A stretch of DNA of 64,000 bases from an uncultured Methanospirillum sp. (GTDB lineage: Archaea > Halobacteriota > Methanomicrobia > Methanomicrobiales > Methanospirillaceae), in assembly GCA_964434005.1 (NCBI GenBank), contig CAYSSW010000001.1:23768-87767 (forward strand), written 5' to 3'. The first letter of the stretch is position 1. Each line of letters begins with the position of its first letter. Shown piece by piece: positions 7,914-17,404 of the stretch. Under the pieces are notes generated by a model, which saw only the letters and a list, made by a program, of their open reading frames with translations, ran no database searches and was not told the origin of the DNA. A program made the position numbers and the translations under genes.

Positions 7914-9428
7914 ATGAAACTGGAAAGGGGCTTGATATTCCTATTATCTGGATGTTTTCTGTTGTTTGTTTTGATATGCGGCGGGTTAGTTTCTGCGGCA
8001 TGTAATGACTGTGGTCCATATTCTGCATCTTCGAATACTGATGCGAAGACCGATGAAGTTGTCTCAACAAGTGAATGGATAAACACCATCAATCAGTATA
8101 ATGAAGAAAATAATCTTGGCTGGGTTGCTGGCGAAACTTCAATGACTTCTTTAAGTTCTGCTGAGCAGGAAAAGCGAAAAGGGTTAAAACCCTCGTCAAT
8201 TAGTTCTAAAACTGCCAGTGTGGCAACCATTCAAACCCGAAATGATCTTCCTGATTCTTTTGACTGGAGAGATTACAGGGGGGGAGACTGGACAACTCCT
8301 GTAAAAAATCAAGGTGAGTGTGGATCATGCTGGGCTTTTGCAACTACTGCAATTTTTGAGTCATACTATAAACGTGTCAATAATAACCCCGATTTGTCCC
8401 CTGATTTTTCAGAGCAGTATCTGTTATCCTGTAATGAGGTTGGTGCTGACTGTAATGGAAGTGTATTTGGTACTATCATGCCATATTTTGTTGACAGGGC
8501 CGATTCTTTAAGTCTTGTTGGAACAGTTGCTGAAAGTGATTATCCGTACGAAGCCACAAAGAGCGATTGTAAAGTTGATGTGAAATTTACAAGATTTACT
8601 GCCGAATCATGGAACTATGTGAATGAAAGTGCTTTTGTTCCAACAGTTACTGAATTAAAGACAGCAATTTACGAAAAAGGACCTCTTGCAGTAGGGATGT
8701 ATACAGATGATACCTTTAGTGCCTATAAATCCGGTATTTTTGAAGATCCAGTTGTTCGAAACACTACAAATCATGGTGTAGTTCTTGTTGGCTGGGGTAT
8801 TTCAGGAGATAAAGAATACTTTATTGCAAAGAATAGTTGGGGAACAGGCTGGGGAGATTCAGGCTGGTTTAAGATTGCAACTACATCTTCATTGATTGGG
8901 GAAGAGGCAGTTTATTTTGATTATTCAACTTCAAATGTATTGACTGCTGATTTTAGTGCTGATGTAACTTCAGCTGCCGTTCCATTAACTGTTAATTTTT
9001 ATGATAAGTCTTTGGGTGTTCATAATAAGTGGTTGTGGTCATTTGGTGATGGTTTGACATCAACTGATTCCAATCCGGTTCATACATATGTTTCTCCAGG
9101 TAAATACTCGGTAAGTCTTATGGTTTCGCAGGGAGATTACTCTGATTATATTGTAAAAGAAGATTATATCCATGCCAAAGTGCCTTATCAAAAGATCTAT
9201 CCATTCCCAAAGATAAATGGAGGTTATTATCCTATGCCAACTGATCCTGATGATGATGGACTTTTTGAAGATATAGACGGTAATGGCTGGCTTGATTTCA
9301 ACGATCCAGAAGTACTTTTCCAGAACATGGCATGGGCAATTGATAATGAACCTGTAACGCTCTTTGACTTTGATGGAAGTGGTTTTATCGGATTTGAAGA
9401 TGTTGCATATCTTAAAGCAATGGTATAG
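7914..9428 (+). CDS. secreted papain-family (C1A) cysteine protease with PKD domain and C-terminal dockerin-like module
   Basis: Signal peptide. Active-site motifs QGECGSCWAFA (Cys codon 8328-8330), NHGVVLVGWG and NSWGTGWGDSGWF. PKD-like segment PLTVNFYD...WSFGDG...HTYVSPGKYSVSLMV. Two EF-hand-like Ca loops, DIDGNGWLDFND and DFDGSGFIGFED, in the last ~60 aa. Confidence 0.85.
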   Translation: MKLERGLIFLLSGCFLLFVLICGGLVSAACNDCGPYSASSNTDAKTDEVVSTSEWINTINQYNEENNLGWVAGETSMTSLSSAEQEKRKGLKPSSISSKTASVATIQTRNDLPDSFDWRDYRGGDWTTPVKNQGECGSCWAFATTAIFESYYKRVNNNPDLSPDFSEQYLLSCNEVGADCNGSVFGTIMPYFVDRADSLSLVGTVAESDYPYEATKSDCKVDVKFTRFTAESWNYVNESAFVPTVTELKTAIYEKGPLAVGMYTDDTFSAYKSGIFEDPVVRNTTNHGVVLVGWGISGDKEYFIAKNSWGTGWGDSGWFKIATTSSLIGEEAVYFDYSTSNVLTADFSADVTSAAVPLTVNFYDKSLGVHNKWLWSFGDGLTSTDSNPVHTYVSPGKYSVSLMVSQGDYSDYIVKEDYIHAKVPYQKIYPFPKINGGYYPMPTDPDDDGLFEDIDGNGWLDFNDPEVLFQNMAWAIDNEPVTLFDFDGSGFIGFEDVAYLKAMV

Positions 9429-9437
9429 GTGAACAAA

Positions 9438-9950
9438 ATGAAAAATTTTATTTTAATGTTGATTGCTGGTGCAATTGCTCTGTTCTGTATCACCCTTCCA
9501 GTATCAGCTGCATCATTATTCTTCTATCCTGATGTAATAGAATCAAATCCCGGTGAAACAACAATTGTGTCATTTATGATGGAAGGTGCATATGCGGGTC
9601 TCTCAGGATATAGTGCATACATCACAATTGATGATCCAACTGTTGCAACCATAAAGTCTATAGAATATCCATGCTGGGCTGATTATAAGGATAACTGGAA
9701 CATAAACGGCTCAACATACAAGGTAATGGCTGCCGATTCGAGATTTAAGTTATTACCCGGAGAGAGTCTTGTCTCTCTTGCAGAACTTGAAGTATATGCA
9801 AAAACTGCAGGATATGCAACAATATCAGCAGTCCCGGTGGTATTTGATGATGACTGGGAAGGGAGATATGAACCTTATGTATATCCAGGCACAATTATGA
9901 TATCCGGAGCAGGTTCATCTCCTGTTGTCCCTGTTCCAATGCAAGCCTGA
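9438..9950 (+). CDS. small secreted cohesin-like domain protein
   Basis: The track ORF starts at GTG 9429. ATG 9438 is preceded by GGTGA at a 5-nt spacing. Signal peptide, then about 140 aa of beta-rich sequence (PGETTIVSFMMEG...LSGYSAYITIDDPTVATIKSIEYP...VSLAELEVYAKTAGYATIS...YPGTIMI) resembling a cohesin module profile. Begins 10 nt after the protease stop. Confidence 0.45.
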   Translation: MKNFILMLIAGAIALFCITLPVSAASLFFYPDVIESNPGETTIVSFMMEGAYAGLSGYSAYITIDDPTVATIKSIEYPCWADYKDNWNINGSTYKVMAADSRFKLLPGESLVSLAELEVYAKTAGYATISAVPVVFDDDWEGRYEPYVYPGTIMISGAGSSPVVPVPMQA

Positions 9951-9972
9951 CCCATTTTTTTAGGTAGTTAAA

Positions 9973-11274
9973 ATGAAATCTATCTTTATAAAAAAAATTT
10001 TATTGACAAGTATTCTGTTAATATCATTATTTTCAGTATGTTCTGCTGTTCCACCAATTCCTGCACAGTTTTATGGAAGTGTAATGATTGACAGTGCACC
10101 AGCCCCAGTGGGAACAATAATTAACGCAACGATTGGTGGCGTTGAAAAAGGATCATATATCACAGAATTTGAAGGCTATTATGGAGGACCAGGAATATAT
10201 GATTCAAAACTCAGTGTTATTGCCGATGAAAATGATATTGCCGGAGGGCTCCCCCAGATTTCATTTCTAATAAACGGAATGGAAACCGGTCAGAAGGCAA
10301 CCTTTGAACCAGGCTCAAGTTCACAACTTGACATCAGTTCTGGAAACGCAAATCAGATCTTCTATCCATCTCCTGAGCCTGTAGTAACCTCTCAAATAGT
10401 TCCAGATATAACATCTCTCCCAGAATCAGACAATTTTACGAGACCAAAGGAGAATAATTATGAGAGAGTGCCAGCTCAGGTTAGTTATGGTTTAGATAGT
10501 AACCGGACATTTAATTCAGATGATGGATTGGCAAGGCTTGAATTTGAAAAGGGTACAATGATATTTACTCAAACCGGTAAATACCTCCAGCAGATTTCAA
10601 TAAAAGGAAAAAACATTAAAGATTTGCCTGATCTTAATATAAGTGGGCTTAAATATACCGGATATGCATACGAAGTGCTTCCCGAAGAGACGTACTTTAA
10701 TCCAAAAGGCAGTCTTGTGTTTACCTTGCCCCCAGACAAATGGTATGATATCATAAATGCAGGACCTGTTATCTATGAATACATTCCTCAGATTAATTCA
10801 TGGCAACCTGTGAAAACCACATCAAATGTCTTTACCGGTGAAATTTCTGGAGAGGTTTATGATACAGCTTCATTTGCAGTACTTATTCCTGAAATCTCTC
10901 TAAAAGATAATAATATGTCTACAGAGACAAAACAGACAGTTAGTGCTGTATCACAGGTAACAGATAACTATTCTGCCATTATGACGGTTGCGCCAGTTTT
11001 ACCAGTAATAAATGAACCAGTTGATTCCACAAATCCAATTAATGAGACTGAAATAGAGACTTTGATAACTTCAATAGTTACACCGGATATAACTCCTGAA
11101 CCTGTTATTACTGAGGATGGTAATATTAGTGCTCAAAATACTGTTCAGGATAGAACACCGTTTATAAAAACACCCGCAGGTGTTGGATTTATTGTTTTAA
11201 TTCTGATAGTGATTGGCAATCTTATTATCTGGCAGGTATACCGCAGATGGATTGTCCGAAAAGAGAGATTATAA
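9973..11274 (+). CDS. secreted type I membrane-anchored protein, hypothetical
   Basis: Signal peptide. N-terminal PAQFYGSV...APAPVGTIINATIGG domain, Ser/Thr-rich stalk, and C-terminal TM GVGFIVLILIVIGNLIIWQVY followed by a basic tail RRWIVRKERL. Confidence 0.6.
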   Translation: MKSIFIKKILLTSILLISLFSVCSAVPPIPAQFYGSVMIDSAPAPVGTIINATIGGVEKGSYITEFEGYYGGPGIYDSKLSVIADENDIAGGLPQISFLINGMETGQKATFEPGSSSQLDISSGNANQIFYPSPEPVVTSQIVPDITSLPESDNFTRPKENNYERVPAQVSYGLDSNRTFNSDDGLARLEFEKGTMIFTQTGKYLQQISIKGKNIKDLPDLNISGLKYTGYAYEVLPEETYFNPKGSLVFTLPPDKWYDIINAGPVIYEYIPQINSWQPVKTTSNVFTGEISGEVYDTASFAVLIPEISLKDNNMSTETKQTVSAVSQVTDNYSAIMTVAPVLPVINEPVDSTNPINETEIETLITSIVTPDITPEPVITEDGNISAQNTVQDRTPFIKTPAGVGFIVLILIVIGNLIIWQVYRRWIVRKERL

Positions 11275-12435
11275 AATTCTCTCTAAAACATATTGGTACA
11301 CTTTTTCAGCATCAAGTAAGTGCTTTACTGGAACTGATTCATTAACTGAATGAAGCAGTTTTATATCTCCTGGTCCATATAGGATAGCTTCGGCGCCTCT
11401 TTCGCGTAAGAAACGTGCATCACTTGCAGCATGAGAAACACCAGGAGTTGGATTAGTTCCATGAACATGTTTAATTCCATCACAAATCAGTGAACAGAGC
11501 CATCCCGGATTTGAGAAAGTTGGATCAATTTTCTCATCAATATGTATATTTGCATTTTTTTCAGAATCGGTGAGGATCTTTTCAAGAATTGTTGAATTGC
11601 AGCCCCATGGGATACGCATATCAAGTTTTATTGCACAGGTCTGTGCAATAATATTTATCCTCTCTCCACCTCTGATAATTCCAGGATTGTATGTTACATG
11701 TGAAAGAATCTTTTCAGCTTCATCTGGTGAGCATTCAAGAGCTGATGCAATATTATCAATACCTGCACTGATTGCAGATTTGACAACCGGACTTACAGAC
11801 CATTCCCTGTTATAGATATCATCACACACTGACACAAATTTACAGGCCTCAGTAATTGCAGAATTTCCTAGTACGGGATAAAGTGAAGCATGCCCGGCAT
11901 TGCCTGTAAAGGAAATTTTTGCTCTGAAAAGGCCTTTCTCACCAATAAGTGGAGTACTAACCGGGGTAGGCTCGGCAATTAAACAGTCTTCTGCTTTTAG
12001 GAAGCCCTCTTCAAGAAGTTGCTTTAGCCCAAATTTTCCGTCACCTTCCTCATCACAGACAAAGGCAACATCTGCATTGCATTCTCCATGTGCTTCTATA
12101 CTCCTGGCAATTGCACTGATAAGAACAGCGCAGCCGCCTTTCATATCAGTGGTTCCACGCCCGAAAAGCCGGTCATCGACTTTTATTCCCGAAAACGGTG
12201 GTTGATCCCAACCTGCATCAAGTGCCGGTACTACATCCACATGCCCGCAAAGTAAGAGTTTTCCATTTTGTTTTGTAGAAATCAGATTTGCATGTCGGTC
12301 ACGGGATACTATTTTGGTATTAAGGCCAATCTGATCACATAATCCCTTAATGTAATTGATTACCTCATCAGTATATCCAGGTGGGTTTTCTGATCTGATT
12401 TTTACAAGTTCAGAGCAGATTTTTAGTACATTCAT
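11269..12435 (-). CDS. M20-family metallohydrolase (ArgE/DapE-like deacylase)
   Basis: LLLCGHVDVVPA, WDQPPFSG and RLFGRGTTDMKGG are typical M20 zinc-peptidase motifs. Confidence 0.8.
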   Translation of the reverse strand: MNVLKICSELVKIRSENPPGYTDEVINYIKGLCDQIGLNTKIVSRDRHANLISTKQNGKLLLCGHVDVVPALDAGWDQPPFSGIKVDDRLFGRGTTDMKGGCAVLISAIARSIEAHGECNADVAFVCDEEGDGKFGLKQLLEEGFLKAEDCLIAEPTPVSTPLIGEKGLFRAKISFTGNAGHASLYPVLGNSAITEACKFVSVCDDIYNREWSVSPVVKSAISAGIDNIASALECSPDEAEKILSHVTYNPGIIRGGERINIIAQTCAIKLDMRIPWGCNSTILEKILTDSEKNANIHIDEKIDPTFSNPGWLCSLICDGIKHVHGTNPTPGVSHAASDARFLRERGAEAILYGPGDIKLLHSVNESVPVKHLLDAEKVYQYVLERIL

Positions 12436-12443
12436 ATTCTCCT

Positions 12444-12950
12444 CTATTTATGTTCTTCTTTGAATTCATCAAATAACTTTGAGATTCTGGATCCGTTGTA
12501 AAGCGCCGCGATGTATGCTTTATCAAACATCTCATCGACCATCATAAATAATGTCTGTGATGGAAGCGGGCGGTTGTTATCTGGATCGAGGACTATTCGA
12601 AATGATCTATATGAAGCCTTATCATCCTGATTGTAAATCTTCTGCAGGAAGAGTGGAAATTTTATATATTCTTCCGAATCATTGTTAAATAGCCATTTCA
12701 TGTATTCAGGAAAGAGAGAGTAAGGTTCTGTTTTTCCTAATTTTGTGTGGGATGAAAGATAGTCAACAATCAGGAGATTTTTTGGAGAATCTCCATTGTA
12801 GGCTTGAGTAGAGATGGTATAATCCAGATGTGCAAGTGCATCATAATACCAGAATTTCATAACCTCATGAAAATCTGACATATTTTCAAGAATTAAGGAT
12901 TTTTTATAGAATTTATCCAGAACAATTGTGTATTCGTTAGATTCTGACAT
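12444..12950 (-). CDS. hypothetical protein
   Basis: 168-aa ORF, co-directional with and 8 nt downstream of the M20 gene. No motif recognised. Confidence 0.45.
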   Translation of the reverse strand: MSESNEYTIVLDKFYKKSLILENMSDFHEVMKFWYYDALAHLDYTISTQAYNGDSPKNLLIVDYLSSHTKLGKTEPYSLFPEYMKWLFNNDSEEYIKFPLFLQKIYNQDDKASYRSFRIVLDPDNNRPLPSQTLFMMVDEMFDKAYIAALYNGSRISKLFDEFKEEHK

Positions 12951-13017
12951 AATTTATTTTTGGATTAGATCTATAAAAGAGATGATATATAGTTATGATA
13001 TTAGATGGTACTATCGG

Positions 13018-13899
13018 TTATGAATTATATGGAGATCTGTTATTTACAGCCTTTTTATAGGCTTTTACAAGTTCCTCACCTCGAAGACCGTTGATATCAA
13101 CAAGATTGTCACTTCTAAGCAGACATGGTTTAAGTTTTCCGTCAGATGTAACTCTTAATCTGTTGCAGTATTTGCAGAACTCAGAGTTATGAAGGGGTTT
13201 TACAAATTCAATCTCTGCGCCTTTGTAATAGTATTTTTTGCGGTGATGCATACGTCTTGTTAATACCCGTTTAGCCTCTTTTGAGATTTTTTCTTCAAGT
13301 GGACTGATATCAACATGATATGGCATGTCTCCGAAATCCATTAGTTCAATCAGTTGAAGGATTACATTGGAATTTCGTGAAGAGAATTCAATAAAATTAT
13401 CAATCTCATCTTCATTGATTCCCTTAAGAAGTACTGTATTTAACTTGACAGGGATCAACCCAAAATCAAGCGCTGTAATAATACCGTCTAGTACCTTTTC
13501 AAGCGCGTCTACTCCAGTTATTCTTTTGTATGTTTCCCGGTTAAGACTGTCAATACTGATATTGACGCGAGATAATCCGGCGTCAAAAAGTTCCTTTCCC
13601 ATCGATGAGAGTAGGATTCCATTTGTTGTAATTGAGGTTTCCATATCTTTTGGGACTGAGTTGATAATATCACAGATATCTTTCCTTAAAAGAGGTTCAC
13701 CGCCTGTGAATTTTACGGTTTTAACTCCCATTTGTGCAGCAACATCAATTACAGCTTTGATGTCCTCGGTAGACATCGGTGCGGATGGCTTATTTTCACC
13801 TTCACGATGGCAGTATATACATCTTAAATTGCATGCCGAACTTAAACTGATTCGGATATTACTCACAGGTCTTTGGTATGAATCATAAAGGACAGTCAT
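13018..13899 (-). CDS. moaA: GTP 3',8-cyclase MoaA (molybdenum cofactor biosynthesis, radical SAM)
   Basis: CNLRCIYCH radical SAM motif near the N-terminus, FTGGEPLLR, and C-terminal Cys motif CKYCNRLRVTSDGKLKPCL. Confidence 0.85.
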   Translation of the reverse strand: MTVLYDSYQRPVSNIRISLSSACNLRCIYCHREGENKPSAPMSTEDIKAVIDVAAQMGVKTVKFTGGEPLLRKDICDIINSVPKDMETSITTNGILLSSMGKELFDAGLSRVNISIDSLNRETYKRITGVDALEKVLDGIITALDFGLIPVKLNTVLLKGINEDEIDNFIEFSSRNSNVILQLIELMDFGDMPYHVDISPLEEKISKEAKRVLTRRMHHRKKYYYKGAEIEFVKPLHNSEFCKYCNRLRVTSDGKLKPCLLRSDNLVDINGLRGEELVKAYKKAVNNRSPYNS

Positions 13900-13914
13900 A
13901 TTTACTCCTGATTT

Positions 13915-14538
13915 TTATGGTTCCAGATCTTCCTGATATTTATCTGATTCATGGTAATCTCCAATAAAATTGCGCGCTACAATATATATCTCTGTACTTC
14001 CCTTACGACTTGTCTTTGTTTTGAAGGTCTTCACAGCATAGAAGTGTTCCTTAACTTTCCTATATATCCATGCAAAGTCTTCTCCCTGAAAAGATTTCAT
14101 TAGAAAGTTGCCACCTTGTTTCAATACCGCTACTGCAAAAAAAAGGGCCTTTTCATTAAGTTCAATTGCCCGCGCCTGATCATAGGAATGCTGACCTGAT
14201 AACTTGGGTGAGGCATCGCAGACTACAACATTGGTTTCTGACATCAGAGTTTTTACTCTTTCAATCATCAGTGGATCAGTAAAATCTCCTTTAATTGTTG
14301 TAGTTCCTTTGACTGGTAGGATGGGGTTTAAGTCAATTCCAACAATTGTCCCATCAGTAACCTCGGTAAGATATTGAAGCCAGGATCCAGGAGCTGCACC
14401 AAGATCTACTATATTATCAGTCTGACGAATGATAGGATTATACCCTAATATCTCTTTCAGTTTTAATGCTGCTCTGGACCTGTATCCGGATTTTCTGGCC
14501 CTATCATAGACTTTGTCTCTTCCCCATTGTGAACCCAT
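13915..14538 (-). CDS. rlmE: 23S rRNA (uridine-2'-O)-methyltransferase RlmE/FtsJ
   Basis: YRSRAALKLKEI and DLGAAPGSWLQY motifs. I place the start at the internal ATG 14538 (MGSQWGRDKVYDRARK), because the longer ORF to 14673 would overlap the PCNA start. Confidence 0.85.
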   Translation of the reverse strand: MGSQWGRDKVYDRARKSGYRSRAALKLKEILGYNPIIRQTDNIVDLGAAPGSWLQYLTEVTDGTIVGIDLNPILPVKGTTTIKGDFTDPLMIERVKTLMSETNVVVCDASPKLSGQHSYDQARAIELNEKALFFAVAVLKQGGNFLMKSFQGEDFAWIYRKVKEHFYAVKTFKTKTSRKGSTEIYIVARNFIGDYHESDKYQEDLEP

Positions 14539-14621
14539 AATTTTTTTTCTCTGTCTGTAGAGATTTATCGTTCCGGCACATATATCTGTGTTAAATAAAA
14601 ACCTAACTGATGGGAGCGTAG

Positions 14622-15365
14622 ATGCTGAAAGCAACCTTGAATGCCGATACCTTTCGTGAGACAATAGACGCAATATCTGCCCTTGTTACAGAATGTAGAC
14701 TCCATATAGGGGAGGATTCAATCTGGACCAAGGCTGTTGACACTGCAAATGTTGCAATGATCAACCTGACTCTAAACAAGACAGCCTTTAATCAATTTGA
14801 AGTTAATTCTGCTGAAATTGGAATAGATATTGCTAAAATGAAGAATATCTTTACGATGATGGGAAAAGCGGCAGATGTTTCACTTGATCATCCTGATGGA
14901 GCAAATAAGATTGAAGTAACTTTTGAAGGATATCACTATTCTGTTACCCTTCTTGATACCAATACGATTAAAAAGGACCCAAATTCTCCAAATATTTCCC
15001 TGCCTGGTCAGGTAATAATTTCAGGATCAGAACTTTATAATGTTATTAAATCGGCAGCAATAGTTTCAGATAAGATCTGGTTTATCGTGGATTCTGATAT
15101 AAAGAAGTTTATTCTTTATGCTGAAGGTGATTCTGATAACATTAAGCGCGAATTTTCTGCTGATGAACTTGTAGGATGTAATTGGGAATCTGCAAAATCT
15201 CTCTTTTCCATTGATTATCTGAAAGATATGGGAAAAGTAATGAGCAGATCACAAAAGGTCACAGTAGACATCGGAATAGACCATCCAATCAAATTTTCGT
15301 TTGAAATTGCTGATGGAAATGGAACTGTTGAGTTCCTTCTGGCCCCCCGTATTGAAACTGAATGA
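14622..15365 (+). CDS. pcn: DNA polymerase sliding clamp PCNA
   Basis: 247 aa with a typical archaeal PCNA N-terminus (MLKATLNADTFRETIDAISALVTECRLHI...) and the expected length. Confidence 0.9.
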   Translation: MLKATLNADTFRETIDAISALVTECRLHIGEDSIWTKAVDTANVAMINLTLNKTAFNQFEVNSAEIGIDIAKMKNIFTMMGKAADVSLDHPDGANKIEVTFEGYHYSVTLLDTNTIKKDPNSPNISLPGQVIISGSELYNVIKSAAIVSDKIWFIVDSDIKKFILYAEGDSDNIKREFSADELVGCNWESAKSLFSIDYLKDMGKVMSRSQKVTVDIGIDHPIKFSFEIADGNGTVEFLLAPRIETE

Positions 15366-15368
15366 GTT

Positions 15369-16403
15369 ATGGTAACTTTAGATCGAAAAGATCTGATTAA
15401 GTATCCTTTTTTGAAAGAATCGTTAAAGTTTATAGTTGAAAAGACTTCTTCACTTGATAAATTCCTTGATTCCTATGATGGGCACATAACTGTCAGGCAG
15501 GCTATTGAAAATATTGAGACCTCTCTAAACTATTCTGGAAAAAAGTCAATAAGTCTTCCTGAAATTTCAAATGATCCAGAATTTTCGGTTATTTATATAG
15601 CAGCATATCCGGTTACAAGACTTCTTCTTTCTTGTGTAAATGAACGCGCGATGATTGATAAAACTGCAAGGTACCTTGCAAAGGTTGCATATACAAGACT
15701 TGCTGATGAAGACGAAGAAAAAAAGGCCTTTGTTAGAAGATCACTTGGCCTACCGGAGATAGTAGGGGAGATTCCGGTATCAACCTATCTTGAATTAGTC
15801 TCAGGAATGCATGACTCAAAATGGCGTCTCATAAACCGTGTGGTTGAATGGGGAGAAGTTCCTGTGGATGACGAAGAAATTGATGAACTTATGCAAGAAA
15901 AAATCCGGCTTGTAATCAGAAGTAACCTTCCGGCAAAAGTTCCGCCAAATATTTCCAAAAAACTTGAGACAGCAACATCCAGATTAAAATCACTTTGGCA
16001 TGAGAAGATTATTGAAGAGTATGGGGATGTAAATGAGTCAGCCTTCCCTCCATGTATTCAGGCAATAATGGACTCTATAGTCGGGCATATGCCGGTCTCT
16101 CATATGGGAAGGTTTGCAGTGACTGCATTTTTACATAATATTGGTGTCGAAAATACGCGCATAGCCAGTATGTATGGCAATGTCCCGGATTTTGATCTTT
16201 CAAAGACCATGTATCAGGTTGAACATATTTCAGGCCGGGGCGGAACAGGGACAGAATATACTTCCCCGCAATGTGCTACAATGAAAACGCATTCACTTTG
16301 TGTGCATCCTGATAAAATATGTTCAGGTGTCAATCATCCGCTTCAGTATTATAAACTAAAGAAAAAAGTTGAAAAAGAAAACCCTCCAAAAAAATTTAGT
16401 TAA
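15369..16403 (+). CDS. priL: DNA primase large subunit PriL
   Basis: FPPCIQAIM motif plus downstream cysteines for the Fe-S cluster (CATMKTHSLCVHPDKIC). Lies immediately after pcn. Confidence 0.85.
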   Translation: MVTLDRKDLIKYPFLKESLKFIVEKTSSLDKFLDSYDGHITVRQAIENIETSLNYSGKKSISLPEISNDPEFSVIYIAAYPVTRLLLSCVNERAMIDKTARYLAKVAYTRLADEDEEKKAFVRRSLGLPEIVGEIPVSTYLELVSGMHDSKWRLINRVVEWGEVPVDDEEIDELMQEKIRLVIRSNLPAKVPPNISKKLETATSRLKSLWHEKIIEEYGDVNESAFPPCIQAIMDSIVGHMPVSHMGRFAVTAFLHNIGVENTRIASMYGNVPDFDLSKTMYQVEHISGRGGTGTEYTSPQCATMKTHSLCVHPDKICSGVNHPLQYYKLKKKVEKENPPKKFS

Positions 16404-16569
16404 AATCTTTAATAAAAAAACCGCCAATGCTGATAACGGTAATAAATCCAAATAAGGCGATAAGGTAAGCAATATCTCCGGCAATTAGAGTGGGAAGTAC
16501 AAGCAATAGTATGATAAAGATAACAAGACTTCCAACACCTACAAGTACATCAAGAATCCATCGTTTCAT
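16396..16569 (-). CDS. possible small two-TM membrane protein (57 aa)
   Basis: Below the ORF-track size cutoff; translated by hand: MKRWILDVLVGVGSLVIFIILLLVLPTLIAGDIAYLIALFGFITVISIGGFFIKDFN. Its 3' end overlaps the priL stop by 8 nt, convergently. Confidence 0.3.
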   Translation of the reverse strand: MKRWILDVLVGVGSLVIFIILLLVLPTLIAGDIAYLIALFGFITVISIGGFFIKDFN

Positions 16570-16630
16570 AATTTATTAATTGTTGATGTTGCTGCTGAAT
16601 AAGTATAATGGAAAGATCCCCGGGTGTTAT

Positions 16631-17194
16631 ATGAATGAGGATAAGGAAAAAGTGATATTATCACTTAAAAATGGATTTTCTAATCTGTGTAGGTATGTAA
16701 ATCCTATGCTTCTCTCACTGATTGCATCGAATCCTACAAATCTTGCATATGCGAAAGAAAAAGCAGGAATTCCTGCTGATGTTTTTGCAGGTGTAAATGG
16801 TGTGACTTTAAAGGATGGTAAAATTTCTTTTGATGGAAAAATTGGCAATAAATCATCAGATTATTTGGCACGCATAATATTGACCGTTATGAAATTTGAT
16901 AAAACAGTTAGATCAGCTGCAAATATCAGGTATTCTCCAGCGATTGTTGATGCATGTGAAGATCTATTATTTGAGGTTTGTATTGCTGGAAAAGCCAAAA
17001 ACAATGCCAAAATTTCTACAATGGACTGGGATGTTGCATTATGTTGCGAGAAAATTGACGGTGTTCCTGATATCATCTGTTATGATGGGGCAGGAAAAAA
17101 TGATGCTATGATAGTTGTAACCGGAGAAAATCCAGACCTTGTGACAACAAGAATTTATAAGATCGGAGAGCGCATAATAATAACAACTCTTTGA
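16631..17194 (+). CDS. thiN: ThiN-type thiamine-phosphate synthase domain protein
   Basis: First ATG at 16631. SSDYLARIILTVMKFDKTVRSAANIRYSPAIVDAC, STMDWDV and GVPDIICYDGAGKNDAMIVV match the archaeal ThiN (PF10120) pattern as I remember it. Confidence 0.6.
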   Translation: MNEDKEKVILSLKNGFSNLCRYVNPMLLSLIASNPTNLAYAKEKAGIPADVFAGVNGVTLKDGKISFDGKIGNKSSDYLARIILTVMKFDKTVRSAANIRYSPAIVDACEDLLFEVCIAGKAKNNAKISTMDWDVALCCEKIDGVPDIICYDGAGKNDAMIVVTGENPDLVTTRIYKIGERIIITTL

Positions 17195-17204
17195 GGTATT
17201 GATA

Positions 17205-17396
17205 ATGGGAATTAAACCAAGTTATATCAAATCTATTGGGACCGAACTCCTCGAATATCATCACGAGAAGTTTAGTAATGATTTTGACGAAAACAAGCTG
17301 GCAGTTTCGGAATCTACAAACATTCCAAGTAAGCGTGTTCGTAATAGAGTAGCAGGCTACATCACCAGAAAGATAAATACTGGAAGAAGTGCATAA
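17205..17396 (+). CDS. rps17e: 30S ribosomal protein S17e
   Basis: MGIKPSYIKSIGTELLEYH...SKRVRNRVAGYITRK. GAGGT lies 6 nt upstream of ATG 17205. Confidence 0.85.
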   Translation: MGIKPSYIKSIGTELLEYHHEKFSNDFDENKLAVSESTNIPSKRVRNRVAGYITRKINTGRSA

Positions 17397-17404
17397 ATTT
17401 AGTT

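Noticed and set aside
13367-13888. 173-aa ORF antisense to moaA. Similar shadow ORFs: 5933..6319, 11900..12205, 25558..26019, 26602..26988, 34050..34538, 41223..41510, 54238..54528, 57643..58038, 60477..60815
   Set aside because: Each lies inside and opposite a gene with clear family motifs. The translations are Ser/Pro/Ile-rich without motifs, so I treat them as antisense artefacts.
14539-14673. N-terminal extensions of track ORFs: rlmE to 14673, pyrI from 57929, hypC to 21378, PPAT to 58981, thiN from 16580
   Set aside because: The extensions overlap neighbouring genes or bury conserved N-termini (MC of HypC, MTD of PyrI). The internal ATGs give family-typical starts.
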